Shown here one piece after another: positions 39,310 to 49,971 of a DNA stretch of 64,000 nucleotides; position 1 is the stretch's first letter, and each line of letters opens with the position of its first letter. This DNA is from a virus. Its lineage: Duplodnaviria; Caudoviricetes. The position numbers and the translations under genes were made by a program. Under the pieces are notes generated by a model. It ran no database searches. It was not told where the DNA came from and worked only from the letters and a program-made list of their open reading frames with translations. The DNA is taken from positions 1,060 to 65,059 of IMG/VR virus record IMGVR_UViG_3300031578_000021. One strand, 5' to 3'.

Positions 39310-41136
39310 TTAAACAATTCCCCAAAGTTCAAACGCCAAGTCCACATCGGTAGACTGTGACGTGTAGCCAGAGCCCGCTGTTGCCGTCGTCGCGGCATTG
39401 CCGGCGTGCGTCGGGCTCGTAGAATCGCGGCCGATGGACACATAGTTGCTTGAATTTCCACCCGCATAGCTGACCAGCAGCGCAAGCCCGCCGGATGACG
39501 CCGAGTAGGCAACGGGGATTTCAATATCGGCAAACGATGTCGTCAACGTCGCCGCGTCAAAAGTGGCGGTCGCCAGGGCGGCGCCAGTCGGCGTTGCCGT
39601 GCTGCCGATAGTCCCGGTCGTTGCCTTTAGGGTAATCGTCACGTTCCCGGTTGGGCTGCCCGTTTTCTTGAGGGCGAACTTGACGGAAGTAATATCGGTC
39701 GGCGCCGCCAGGGTGATAAGCTGGCCAGCCTCCTCGACGCCGCCGCCGCCATACATATCGTACTGAGCGTTAACGTTTGCCGAGGCGTAACTGTCGATAA
39801 GGACTGACGGAATTATCGTCACCGGATTCTCGTCCCCCGCCCGAAAGGCCACGCTGGCGGCAACCCATGGCAGGGCGCTATCGATCGAGAAGGCGCGGGC
39901 GGAAACTGTTCCCGGTGACGCGGCGGCCTCATAGGCGGCGCCCAGGGTGACGAGGCTGTTTGGCGAGGTGGCGACGGAAATCCCCGTCGTGTCGGCCGGA
40001 TAGCCGGTGTCGCCGGTGGTGCTGCCGAGGGCGGCGAAGAAATGGGCGACGAAGTTATTGGCGCTGCCGGTGGTGACGGCGGGGGAAGTTACCGTTCCGT
40101 AAGGTTCTGTTGGCGGAATAAAATTCACAACAGGAAAACTGTCCCCATTAGACATAAGTATTTCGTCAAGCCATCCATTTAAAGAGTTTCCTAAACCGGT
40201 GAGGCCGCCACCGATACGTAAAGCACCAGTACCATTAAATATATCCGTTGAATTACTTTGGGCGGGTCCCAGTAGGGTACCATCAATATACATATATATG
40301 TATCCTGATGACCGGAAAACCCTGATATGGAACCAGCTGTCCAGAGATAACGTAAAATTTCTGAACATAATAAATGTATCGTTAATACCGTCATCGGATA
40401 AGACCAGCAAAAGAGCTGGGTTCCCGCCGTATGATAACAACATGAGCCGCCAGGATCGTTGATTGCCTGTCGATAACCACTTGCCGGCGATAGTATCATT
40501 ATAGGTTGTCGCGTGTATCCTCGCCCAACCATCGAAAAAAACGCAATCATTTGTTCCGAGTTCGAAATCAGCATGATCGGCGGCCGTAAGCCAATCACTG
40601 CTACCATCAAACAAGGCGGAAGTCCCCCCAAATATAGACTGCGCTGTATCTATCTGGGCATTTCCACCTGCGGATATGGCTTGCCCAGATACGGCGCTAT
40701 TTGTAAATATTGACGAGCCATCAGATCCATTGCAGTGGAGCATTATTTTTATACTCTTTGGAATATCAAGCGTACTGCTAGCCTTGAACGTCGCCGCCCC
40801 GCACTGGTCGACGTTGACCATCAGTCCCTGCACGTCGTCATTGCCGGTCCAGCCAACAGTGTAGGGGTCGCCCGCCACGTCGGCCGCCACGGCCGCTTTC
40901 TCAAACACGTACAACGCGGCCGGCGAGGTTTCACCAACCACCTCGGTCCAGTCGCCGAGTCCGGTAAACGTCGCCGCCGTCGCCTTGGCCAGCGCCAGCA
41001 CCAATCGGTCACCCAGCGCGCAGGTCGGCACCGTGGCGGACAGCGAGGTCGTGTTGTCGGCCGAGAAGGTTTCGACGGCGCCATAGATTGGAATAGCCGG
41101 GTCTGGTAGCGTTTGGTAAGGAATATAATAAGGCAT
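39310..41136 (-). CDS. receptor-binding/tail fibre protein with LamG (ConA-like) domain
   Basis: AQIDTAQS.FGG.S..FDG, W.H, Y.DG, L.IG, LNGWLDE; start set by TGATG overlap at 41136. Confidence 0.75.
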   Translation of the reverse strand: MPYYIPYQTLPDPAIPIYGAVETFSADNTTSLSATVPTCALGDRLVLALAKATAATFTGLGDWTEVVGETSPAALYVFEKAAVAADVAGDPYTVGWTGNDDVQGLMVNVDQCGAATFKASSTLDIPKSIKIMLHCNGSDGSSIFTNSAVSGQAISAGGNAQIDTAQSIFGGTSALFDGSSDWLTAADHADFELGTNDCVFFDGWARIHATTYNDTIAGKWLSTGNQRSWRLMLLSYGGNPALLLVLSDDGINDTFIMFRNFTLSLDSWFHIRVFRSSGYIYMYIDGTLLGPAQSNSTDIFNGTGALRIGGGLTGLGNSLNGWLDEILMSNGDSFPVVNFIPPTEPYGTVTSPAVTTGSANNFVAHFFAALGSTTGDTGYPADTTGISVATSPNSLVTLGAAYEAAASPGTVSARAFSIDSALPWVAASVAFRAGDENPVTIIPSVLIDSYASANVNAQYDMYGGGGVEEAGQLITLAAPTDITSVKFALKKTGSPTGNVTITLKATTGTIGSTATPTGAALATATFDAATLTTSFADIEIPVAYSASSGGLALLVSYAGGNSSNYVSIGRDSTSPTHAGNAATTATAGSGYTSQSTDVDLAFELWGIV

Positions 41137-41600
41137 CACACATACCTCGCGGAAAGAGTAATCAATACCTTCTGGCCAGGCGTTCCACTGCCAACCTGGA
41201 CACACACAAATTCAAGCACAGCCCCAATTTCAAAAATCTGTGTGCCATCTGTCTTAAGTGTACCCTGCGAAAATACACCAGTACTAGCCGCAAAGTTAGG
41301 TTTTGTGGAATAAATCGATACCCCATCGTTAAGGACATCAAAGATGACAGAATCCCCGGTAGGAATAATGCCAATATCCCCAATCCCCCCAATAATCTCC
41401 GTCCTACGGTCAATTAAAACCTTTTCGTATAGCTGATCAACTACCAGATTAAGCCCCGTAAGGGTATTACTAAAGCCTGCTTTAAGCGGAAATCCCGTAG
41501 CTAAGGCATTTTGAATTGCTACAATATTATCTGCGCAAAGCTTAACGTTGTTAGAAAAGCCCAGATCAATAGCAAGTGGAATGTAAACTAATTCACTCAC
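41136..41600 (-). CDS. minor tail protein
   Basis: Shares a C-terminal domain with 41611-42513. Confidence 0.6.
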   Translation of the reverse strand: MSELVYIPLAIDLGFSNNVKLCADNIVAIQNALATGFPLKAGFSNTLTGLNLVVDQLYEKVLIDRRTEIIGGIGDIGIIPTGDSVIFDVLNDGVSIYSTKPNFAASTGVFSQGTLKTDGTQIFEIGAVLEFVCVQVGSGTPGQKVLITLSARYV

Positions 41601-41610
41601 AATCTAACTC

Positions 41611-42513
41611 CTATTGCAGATAAACATCTAGGGTGAAGACAATTTGCTGCCCAGGGGTAGTCGACCCAACTTGCGTTACAAGGAACGCACAGATATCATC
41701 GGCAGCAAAGATTTCAGTACCATCTGTCTTAAGCGTCCCTGCTGTTAGGGTAGTGGCTCCATCAACTATTTTAGGTTTTGTAGTATAGATAGTTGTTCCA
41801 TTCTTAGTAACATCAAAGATGAGATCAGCACCAGTAGGCCCAACCCCACCCGATAAAACTTTAGCATGTTCTGCGACCGCCTTGTATGCACGAGATACGA
41901 TGAAGGAATAATATGTCCTTACTTCTGCGTTTACCCCCGTTTGTGTGCTGGACATTCCAATCTGGATAGGAATACCATCAGAGACTGCGCCGAGGGCACC
42001 AACAGCCTCAAGGCCAGCAAGGGCATCTCCAGTTCCTAAATTTCCTATCTCAGTCCCAAGACTAGTCAAGGCTCCAAGGGCGGTTTTAACAACCCAAGTT
42101 CGAAGATCATCAATATCCGTATTGGCAATAGCAGTTGTAGAGGTAGTTAGATTGATCCTAGCTATTGCATATTTACTTGTAGGGATTGTGGGATCAACGG
42201 GGGACGCGCTTTCCGAACCAGTCTCAACTCCAACAGTTCCAGTATCGATATCGATGTAAACAATATCTTTTCTAGGCTGAACCGATGGGGCGGTTATAGT
42301 TCCACTATTCTGGGCAGCCACAGATGAGAAGCTTCCATCCGTAGAATCTTGAACAGCTCCAGCATCAATTCGCACAGTCATATTGGGGGTAGCTTGCTCA
42401 TGCACAGAGAACGCCGCCCCAATCCCCGCCATTGCCGCAACGGAGTTATCTACATTAATAGCCCATTGAGTAGCATCGCTCTCAATATCAGGCTGTACGA
42501 ATGTTCCAGTCAT
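41611..42513 (-). CDS. tail fibre/baseplate-associated protein
   Basis: TPNMTV, PRKDIVY, G...ASPV.P.IP......ARI, I.D.R adaptor pattern. Confidence 0.65.
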   Translation of the reverse strand: MTGTFVQPDIESDATQWAINVDNSVAAMAGIGAAFSVHEQATPNMTVRIDAGAVQDSTDGSFSSVAAQNSGTITAPSVQPRKDIVYIDIDTGTVGVETGSESASPVDPTIPTSKYAIARINLTTSTTAIANTDIDDLRTWVVKTALGALTSLGTEIGNLGTGDALAGLEAVGALGAVSDGIPIQIGMSSTQTGVNAEVRTYYSFIVSRAYKAVAEHAKVLSGGVGPTGADLIFDVTKNGTTIYTTKPKIVDGATTLTAGTLKTDGTEIFAADDICAFLVTQVGSTTPGQQIVFTLDVYLQ

Positions 42514-45500
42514 TTAAACTCCCTCGGCATCCCATGCCACCGTACCATTTTCCGCAGCTCCACTAGTATCCCACCTAAGAGCGGTGAATCCCGTAGTTGT
42601 AACATTATCCCATCCAACAATCCCAGGCGCCGCATCAGCATTGAAGGTCCTTACATCTGGGACGTTTGTGAAGGGCGTAGAAAATACAACAGCCTCTTGG
42701 CCAGCAGGGGAGCCTGTAATAACTACCGTACCACTTTCTTTCCTGCTTTGAGAGTCAACCGTAACGTTAAATCTTGTAACCCTTGAGGGGCCTGTGGTGT
42801 TATCAATTGTAATCCTTCCCTTAAGGGTGTCTACAACCGCATCCCCAACGTTCCACACCTCAAACCCATCATAGGCCCCACCATAGGCGTAGTAGTCGAT
42901 TTCTAGCAAGGGATTAGCAGAGCCTATCTCTCCTGGGCCAAGGTTAACATTAGCGGCTGTCCAAATTCTAGCAGAGGTATCTTGTCCAAGGTTAATATCA
43001 TTTGTCGTATAGGTAGAAGTATCAACCGGGCTTGGAACGTATCCTGAAAATGTAGTCCAGTCTACATCAGCAGCCGTTACCTGAGAAGCTGGGTTAAGCT
43101 TTCCTGTTAGCGGATTTCTAATAAACCCATCTAACGTACCAGTCCAAAGCGGCCATTGCTCATTACTACTCACAACCGTAAAGGCATTAGTTACTATAAG
43201 ATCGGTGGTAAGTGCATTGACCGATTGATTTTTAGAGGTATCTTCTGCCTTAATTCCAAATACCCAAGGAACCTGAACCCCATCAACTACGGGCGATGGC
43301 TGGACCGCCGCCGTGGTTATCCGAGTTCCACGCGTAACCTTAGTGAGTTCCGCTGCATCAGCATAAACAAATGGCGCGGCCATATAGCGAATTTCGTATC
43401 CCGCCAAATCCGCATCTGGTATCTGCGACCAGCGGAAGTTAACAGCATTACCATTCTGATTGGCAGTAAACGTGGTGACATCACTCGGAGGGGCCGTCTT
43501 ACCAACAACTACATGGCCAGTTACAGTTAACCAAGTGGAGGCTCTTCCAAGATGATTAACGGCCCTAACTCGTTCAGAATACGCAATTCCATCTTTAACG
43601 TCGAATGTCCAAAGCTCGGTAAGTGTTCTATCAATTGTACCTGCGGGGCTCCAATCCGAAGCGGAATCTTTTTTAACTTGGACCTCATAATGATCCAGAT
43701 ATGGATCAGTGCTCGCTGTCCAACTTCCATGAAGCCTAGAAACAATTGTCCCGTCATCTTTGGTAAAGAGTTCATCCGTTCCACTAGTGAGGACCAGATT
43801 TGTAGGAGCTACGACACTAAGCGGGCTTGGCAAACTTGTATTAGGGGCGGGATCAACAAGAGTTTCTTCCCCAGAATTCCAATCATAAACAGTACTTGCA
43901 GTTTCCTGCAAAGTCAAATTAACCATAATCCCCTGATCTGCGGTAGAGGCTGTTTGATTTTGCTTTTGTGGAGTAATGCCAAGAGTCCACCCAATAACCT
44001 CAAATACCTTATTAGTCCAACCAAATCTGGTATTATTTATCATAACCGTATCGCCGCATTGGACCTTAAGGCCAATAAGACTTATCGGATATGTAATGGT
44101 AATTTGCTGCCTATGTCGTTCAAGAAGAATCTTAGCAGTTCTCTGTGCCTGTCCTGGACGAGAAGTAAAGGCTTGGTCGTAAGTATGCCAACTTTTTACA
44201 TTATTATCCTCAGACAAATATAGGGAGTTGACTACAATCGGATACGTCGTAACAACCCCATAATTAATAGGAGACGCATATGAGCCCTTTACACGGTTAA
44301 ATCTATCCTGTCTCGGGCGCTTAGTCTCAATTTTAATAGAGCCTCTAGCGTCTCCCTCATCAAATACAAAGGTTGGAGATACATAGGCCCCGACTCTAAT
44401 ATGCCAGCTATCACCAATATGAACTATAGACCCAGCAAAAGAGGTAGTCATATCAGTTAAGATATCACCCCACTGTCTATCACAACTGATAGGTCCATTA
44501 CAAGTATATCTTGGCTCGGCGTTTTTAATAACTGTCATAGTGCCAGAGCCAGCACTTGTAAAATCTATCGTAGTATGGGAAAGGGCATTATCGTAACTTG
44601 TTGCAAGCTGAAGCTCAACGTAAGAATCATCAGTTGCCCAACGATGGCGAGGCACGGCATAATAGTTAGTATCAGCCTCAATATTTCCAATATATGTCCC
44701 ATCTGAGGTAACAGTAACCCTATCCCCTGTTTGGAACATCATTATCGCAACATTGTCTGCCGCAGATGTATTATAATTCTTTAGCCTAATAAAATTATTA
44801 GTTGCATCTACACTAAGAACATTATGAGTGATATTATCGACAGCTACAAATTCCTCACAAATATTGGCACTTGCAATTGTAGTATCGTCATTAACATCCT
44901 CGGAAAGGCCACCAATCCCATGATCTGAGTCTAGTAAAAAATCGCGAATGCACAAAACTGAGTTAGGGGTCCATACAGAGGGATCTCCGCTTTCCCTCGG
45001 ATCTACAACCTTCTTCCCCCGTACCCAGGCAGAAATAGCAGGAATTCCAGAAAATAATTCAGAATCAAACTCCAACCTCACATAGATATATGCACGGCTT
45101 GTTCCTTTAAAGTCCGTAGTCCAATCTGTTATCTCACTAACCAGATCACTATCAGCTGTCTGCCCCGGCGCACCTAGATGCTTTTTAATTCTGATCTTAC
45201 CGTTAAACTTACCAGTATTAACTACTCCGCTTCCATCAAGCATATCGGAATAAATAGGATAATTATCCATAAAAACTTCATCAATTGCCTCAACCTCGTG
45301 CGCGGCAAGGGCAATAACGAGATGAAGATACTTTCCATCTGAAGTACTCGTAGCAAAAAGCATAGGCCCGGAAAGTCTGCACTCCCCATACACCAAAACG
45401 TGGGGAGAGGTCGCCTCCCTAAATTGTTGAATTCTTTTTTGTGCGGATGAAGCTGAAGAAAAGGATAAATCTGGAGTCTTTGGGGTAGTAGATAACATCC

Positions 45501-45627
45501 CCATTACCATAGTACTGGCAAATGCGATAGCAGCAAGCATAGCCGCCTGGGCAATAGTATAACCTACGATTATACCACCACCATAAGCTGCGGCAGCCGC
45601 AACAATTGCTGGGATTGCCATAGGCAT
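42514..45627 (-). CDS. tail tip / central tail fibre (lambda J-like) with FN3-like domains
   Basis: VYGE.R.SG, GKKV.DPR, RY.CNG, R.NRVKG, G....P.DV..F, DLAGYEIR. Confidence 0.85.
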   Translation of the reverse strand: MPMAIPAIVAAAAAYGGGIIVGYTIAQAAMLAAIAFASTMVMGMLSTTPKTPDLSFSSASSAQKRIQQFREATSPHVLVYGECRLSGPMLFATSTSDGKYLHLVIALAAHEVEAIDEVFMDNYPIYSDMLDGSGVVNTGKFNGKIRIKKHLGAPGQTADSDLVSEITDWTTDFKGTSRAYIYVRLEFDSELFSGIPAISAWVRGKKVVDPRESGDPSVWTPNSVLCIRDFLLDSDHGIGGLSEDVNDDTTIASANICEEFVAVDNITHNVLSVDATNNFIRLKNYNTSAADNVAIMMFQTGDRVTVTSDGTYIGNIEADTNYYAVPRHRWATDDSYVELQLATSYDNALSHTTIDFTSAGSGTMTVIKNAEPRYTCNGPISCDRQWGDILTDMTTSFAGSIVHIGDSWHIRVGAYVSPTFVFDEGDARGSIKIETKRPRQDRFNRVKGSYASPINYGVVTTYPIVVNSLYLSEDNNVKSWHTYDQAFTSRPGQAQRTAKILLERHRQQITITYPISLIGLKVQCGDTVMINNTRFGWTNKVFEVIGWTLGITPQKQNQTASTADQGIMVNLTLQETASTVYDWNSGEETLVDPAPNTSLPSPLSVVAPTNLVLTSGTDELFTKDDGTIVSRLHGSWTASTDPYLDHYEVQVKKDSASDWSPAGTIDRTLTELWTFDVKDGIAYSERVRAVNHLGRASTWLTVTGHVVVGKTAPPSDVTTFTANQNGNAVNFRWSQIPDADLAGYEIRYMAAPFVYADAAELTKVTRGTRITTAAVQPSPVVDGVQVPWVFGIKAEDTSKNQSVNALTTDLIVTNAFTVVSSNEQWPLWTGTLDGFIRNPLTGKLNPASQVTAADVDWTTFSGYVPSPVDTSTYTTNDINLGQDTSARIWTAANVNLGPGEIGSANPLLEIDYYAYGGAYDGFEVWNVGDAVVDTLKGRITIDNTTGPSRVTRFNVTVDSQSRKESGTVVITGSPAGQEAVVFSTPFTNVPDVRTFNADAAPGIVGWDNVTTTGFTALRWDTSGAAENGTVAWDAEGV

Positions 45628-46064
45628 TAGTTAATGTCCCATGCCATCAAAATTGCAGTAAAATCATAGGACTTCCAGCCCTTAGATGAGGCAACTAGCG
45701 CTCGCCTACCTGTGAGATCTATGATACCGAGGGCTTTATTTCCACCCTCTAAACCAACAAGAACGATATCTCCCCTTTTAACTCTATTGACATTAGAGTA
45801 CGCAGTAACATTAAGTGCCTTTGCAAACCACTTAAGCATATTAACCATACCGCGTTTAGAGGTTAAAAATGCCTTAGCTTCTTCCTCTGTGGTATAAGCA
45901 ATTCCAAATTCTTTTATAATATCAACGCCAGTCATTGCCTTTAAGCAATTAACCGGAGATATGCAGCAATCATGCCAACCATACCTAAAGCGCCTCCGGT
46001 CATGAGAGCGTATAGCTTTCTCAAGCCGGGTCGGCCAGTCTTGATATCTTTTTAACCTCCCCAT
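45627..46064 (-). CDS. tail-associated NlpC/P60-like protein (DUF6950-like)
   Basis: DW..RL, F.YG.HDCC, TGVD, RGDIV. Confidence 0.75.
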   Translation of the reverse strand: MGRLKRYQDWPTRLEKAIRSHDRRRFRYGWHDCCISPVNCLKAMTGVDIIKEFGIAYTTEEEAKAFLTSKRGMVNMLKWFAKALNVTAYSNVNRVKRGDIVLVGLEGGNKALGIIDLTGRRALVASSKGWKSYDFTAILMAWDIN

Positions 46065-46612
46065 ACAACATCCCTCCCATCATTAAGGGAGACTACAAAG
46101 GAACAAAATTCATCTGTTGCATCATCAATATGCTGATCTTCTTCTGTATAATACCTATCAGAAGATCTATCTAATCCAGAAAGCATATTAACAACATTAA
46201 GCTCAATTATAGGATTTTCAGCATCCTCGGTAAGGGTCATAGTATCCATTCTCCCCTTATAAAGAGGATAGGGGTCTGGCACAACTGCATTACTATCATC
46301 AACACAGCCAAGCCAAATAGTAGCTGGGCGTTCTTGATAATCTTCCCCAAGGGCCAAGGCTAGGACGGAACTGTCAACTCCCATAAGACTGCAAGTTACC
46401 GCATCCGCACGAAGCTCTATGGTTTCTGGGATGCTAGAAATCTGGGCGATATCCCCCGTTCCAGTATAATCATCCCCATTCCAAGGAAGAGTGCCATAAC
46501 CAGTAAATAGATTAAGATCCCCACTATCAAATTTAAACTTAGCCAAGAGGAATGGTCGCAATGCTGCCGCTGATACCTGGGTAGCCATCCCGGATGTAAG
46601 GTCTCTAGCCAT
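46052..46612 (-). CDS. minor tail / hub protein
   Basis: G.G.L.W.G..Y.G.G, GRMD, YT.EDQ, V.WG. Confidence 0.75.
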   Translation of the reverse strand: MARDLTSGMATQVSAAALRPFLLAKFKFDSGDLNLFTGYGTLPWNGDDYTGTGDIAQISSIPETIELRADAVTCSLMGVDSSVLALALGEDYQERPATIWLGCVDDSNAVVPDPYPLYKGRMDTMTLTEDAENPIIELNVVNMLSGLDRSSDRYYTEEDQHIDDATDEFCSFVVSLNDGRDVVWGG

Positions 46613-47241
46613 TACAAAGCCTCCTTACATTCAAAATCGAGTCCGCCATAGATAAGGGCCTCGTCAACGCTCCAGCTTCTATCATTTGAGGCTAGACGAC
46701 AGAGAGCCTTAGCATTAGAGACTACAACGGCGGCATTGTCAAGTGGGCTGGTTCTAAGCTTAGGCCAGATCGTTAAATCTACCTCCCCCACACTATCTGA
46801 GTTCGCGGTATCAAGAACTTTGTATAGTCTGGTAGATGTTCCAGTCCCAAGTTGAAGCATATCCCCAATTTTAAGGTAGCCGGTAACTCCAGCGGGGGCC
46901 CCATCTATTGTAAGGGAGTTGCCCGTTTGACTTCCACCCTTAACAAGCGGGGTTCCCGGAGCTGTTGCAGCGGAGCCTCTTGGAGTAGACGTAGCCGGAC
47001 TATCGAGATAAAATGTCCCATAAATCCCCTGCAACTTAAGAAGGAACGAGATCCATTCTTCCGCCGCCGCCCTTTCTTGCAATGCAATATTTACACTAAA
47101 GGTCCACCATTCTCCTGGAAATTGATAAACCTGTGTCTCTCCTGTAAAAGGAGAACTTCCTCCAGCCACAACATTAACCGCATGTGTTGTTACTTTCATA
47201 ATGCCTGAACTCGGAGGGGTAAGTGGGTATGTAATAGTCAT
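46612..47241 (-). CDS. distal tail protein
   Basis: SPFTG..Q, W..FL..L.G, I.P.LR; directly after tape measure. Confidence 0.75.
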   Translation of the reverse strand: MTITYPLTPPSSGIMKVTTHAVNVVAGGSSPFTGETQVYQFPGEWWTFSVNIALQERAAAEEWISFLLKLQGIYGTFYLDSPATSTPRGSAATAPGTPLVKGGSQTGNSLTIDGAPAGVTGYLKIGDMLQLGTGTSTRLYKVLDTANSDSVGEVDLTIWPKLRTSPLDNAAVVVSNAKALCRLASNDRSWSVDEALIYGGLDFECKEAL

Positions 47242-49640
47242 TACCGTCTCCGATTGAGCAAATTAGGTTGTGTGCGGGATGCGCTATAAACAGCCGCCAC
47301 CGCACGAGGTTCAATACTCCCATTAACGGAGTGTACTAGCTGCTCAAGCTTCGCAACTGCAGCATCGCTGGCACCCCGCATGTCAACATACCAAGTTGGG
47401 CTACCATTTGATTTATTTTTCTGCTCCCTAGGCGTAACTTCTACATGCTCGCCAGGACTCATGGCAAGGTTAACCATCTTGTTATCAACCCCACCAATAC
47501 CGGGAACGTCGAAGGATGTACCATACTGAGCAGTTTGCACGGGGGCATTAAGGGCCGTAGAATCTTGCGTTCCTGTACTACTAGTAGCCCAGCTATTCGC
47601 CGCACTAAGAAATGCGTTCTTAAGTGGGGTAAATACAGTAAGTTGAAGGATGGCATTTAAAATTTCTGTTAAAACGGTCTTAGCTACCGACTTAAATCCA
47701 TCCATCGCGCTGCTAGCCGTAGTCATGGCACTGACAACGCCCTCAGCAAAAGTATCAAATCCCTTACTAAGTTTACTTAGTATTGGGTCTGTGGCATAAA
47801 GCTCATCCTTTAGTTTTTTAATTCCTCTAGTATAAAGCTCTTGGTTATCTGATATTCCTCCTGGCCCGTAGGTCTTTTCTAGGACGAGCATCTGGGCATT
47901 ATATTTCTCTTGGGGGGTTAGGAGGTCTGTCATAGATAACCGAAGGCTATCTGCGGAGATATTAATTTGGCTTAGGATATCTTCCCTCTTTTTAAGACTG
48001 GCATTAACTTCATCCTGAAGCCTAAAGTAATCTGATGCTTCCCTTCCCCCTACGCCAGATGTAAATAGATTATTGGCTTTGGATACCCCAATAGTGTCTT
48101 TGTCTATTTGACTATGAAGTTGAGAATACCGAGCCTTAGCTTCTGCCTCGGTATTATACGAGGGAAACTTTTCTATTCCTATCTCTGTAGCATGGGCGTA
48201 AGCTTCTTCTGTAGTATATACTTTACCACCCCAGATAGTTGGGATAAGATATATTTTTCCATTATAAGCTTTAGTAATTTCTTGTAGAGTGGATATACTC
48301 CCATTTTTATTAACAACTGGCTGTTCTATTAAATTTCTTAAATGGGTCTCATAAAGATATTGTTCCTCTTTTGTGAGATTATATTTTTTTACAACACCAG
48401 TAAGTTCTTCCATCTTTTTGATTTGGTTATCAATACCTACAACGTCTAACAAGGATATAGGAGTTGCATATTCATTATTACCAATAGTGGATGTTAAAAT
48501 TTTTACCTGATTATTTATTTCTTTTAAATCCCCAACAATTTTTGTATTTTGGTAAGGACGAAGGTTTGCCCCAACATTTCCCATATCTTGAATACCAGGC
48601 ATTCCGCCAGTCGTAGCGGGGACAGGTGGTATCTCCACACTAGCCCCGGTATCTACAATCTGAGAACCAGGAAGGGCTCTTCTAATCCTATCAAGAAGAT
48701 TAGCAATATCAGTAAGGTAGTCTTTGAGTTTTCCAGTAAATCCTGACGCCCTATCTAATGCATCAAGGAAGAGTTTCCAGGAGGTATTAAGCCTATTAAT
48801 AGACGAGTTTAGGTTATTAGCTCCCTCGATTGCACCAGGACCATAAACTTCCATCATTCTTTGCGCTAGTTTAGGAAGGAGGTCCTCAGCAAGAACCTTC
48901 CCACCCTGAAGCATCTTACCAAGTTGCTGCGTAGTGACCCCCATCGCATCGGCAGCCATTCTAAAGGCGCCTGGGAGACGCTCGCCTAACTGTCCCCTAA
49001 GCTCTTCCGCCTGGACTGTGCCTTTAGACACCATTTGCTGGAAGGCGAGAAGAATACCAGCAGTTTGATCTGAGGATAGCCCAAGGGCGGCGGAGGCTAC
49101 AGCCGTGGCTTGGAAAATATCTCTAGTCGCTGCTCCGGCTAAGGCTGTTCCACGAGTAGCAGCTGCCAACTTAGCGTATTGACTAGCGGTGGCTCCAATC
49201 TCAAGTCCGTATTTCTGTGCTACCACTATAATATTTTCAAACTCAGATCTAGCGCTAGAAGTGCTTCCAGTTACACTCTTAAGGGTGTTTTGAATTCTAT
49301 CGAATTCAGTTCTAACTGCTATAAATTTAGGGGCCATCAGAGCGACAATAGCAACAATGGCGGCAAAAGCGATTACCATTGTTGCAGCAACGACATTAAG
49401 TCTGGTAATAATCCCAACTAACGTCTGGAGTCGTGCAGCGGTACCGCCCAACGGACCCTCGATAAGCCTAACGGACTTAGCGAGTTCGTCAAGCTTACCC
49501 CTAAAACCAGCAGCACCAGCGGCAGCAGATTTAGTTGATTTATTAAACTTATCCGTATGAGCGGTTGCGCTGCTAAAGGCAGATGTAACCTTACCTTCCC
49601 CAACGACGCTAAACTCAATTGTGACAGGAATTGTTACCAC
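47241..49640 (-). CDS. tape measure protein
   Basis: QM.SKG.VQAEELRGQLGERLPGA tape-measure domain; Ala-rich. Confidence 0.9.
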   Translation of the reverse strand: MVTIPVTIEFSVVGEGKVTSAFSSATAHTDKFNKSTKSAAAGAAGFRGKLDELAKSVRLIEGPLGGTAARLQTLVGIITRLNVVAATMVIAFAAIVAIVALMAPKFIAVRTEFDRIQNTLKSVTGSTSSARSEFENIIVVAQKYGLEIGATASQYAKLAAATRGTALAGAATRDIFQATAVASAALGLSSDQTAGILLAFQQMVSKGTVQAEELRGQLGERLPGAFRMAADAMGVTTQQLGKMLQGGKVLAEDLLPKLAQRMMEVYGPGAIEGANNLNSSINRLNTSWKLFLDALDRASGFTGKLKDYLTDIANLLDRIRRALPGSQIVDTGASVEIPPVPATTGGMPGIQDMGNVGANLRPYQNTKIVGDLKEINNQVKILTSTIGNNEYATPISLLDVVGIDNQIKKMEELTGVVKKYNLTKEEQYLYETHLRNLIEQPVVNKNGSISTLQEITKAYNGKIYLIPTIWGGKVYTTEEAYAHATEIGIEKFPSYNTEAEAKARYSQLHSQIDKDTIGVSKANNLFTSGVGGREASDYFRLQDEVNASLKKREDILSQINISADSLRLSMTDLLTPQEKYNAQMLVLEKTYGPGGISDNQELYTRGIKKLKDELYATDPILSKLSKGFDTFAEGVVSAMTTASSAMDGFKSVAKTVLTEILNAILQLTVFTPLKNAFLSAANSWATSSTGTQDSTALNAPVQTAQYGTSFDVPGIGGVDNKMVNLAMSPGEHVEVTPREQKNKSNGSPTWYVDMRGASDAAVAKLEQLVHSVNGSIEPRAVAAVYSASRTQPNLLNRRR

Positions 49641-49641
49641 T

Positions 49642-49971
49642 TTAACTGCCCTTTGTAGTAACCCAATTTTCTATCCACGCCGCGTCAAGAGCTTTTATAA
49701 CTACTAAAAATTCATCAGGCTCTTGCATCTCCGCAATTTGGCAATAGGCTAAGATATCAGAAAGCAATATCGGATTAGGCCCAAAGCCAAACTGCCTACT
49801 CGAACTAACCATAACCCACCCTTCCCAAAGCAGTTCTTGCCAAGGAGTTAACAATGGCTTACGGCTTAATGTCTTACTCTCCTTTCCTAATTCCGCTTCT
49901 TTCTTAAGAAACTCCTCCTCAGTTAGCCCTCCAAGTGCAAGGGTCCATCTAAGGAGGTCTAGGAGTTTTTT
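49642..49971 (-). CDS. tail chaperone -1 frameshift extension (gpT-like)
   Basis: A AAA AAC slippery site at 49971-49965; the -1 frame stays open into the 49642-49854 ORF. Confidence 0.75.
   Translation of the reverse strand, partial: KKLLDLLRWTLALGGLTEEEFLKKEAELGKESKTLSRKPLLTPWQELLWEGWVMVSSSRQFGFGPNPILLSDILAYCQIAEMQEPDEFLVVIKALDAAWIENWVTTKGS

Noticed and set aside
39310-45627. Diversity-generating retroelement targeting tail genes
   Set aside because: No reverse transcriptase and no template/variable repeat pair differing at adenines
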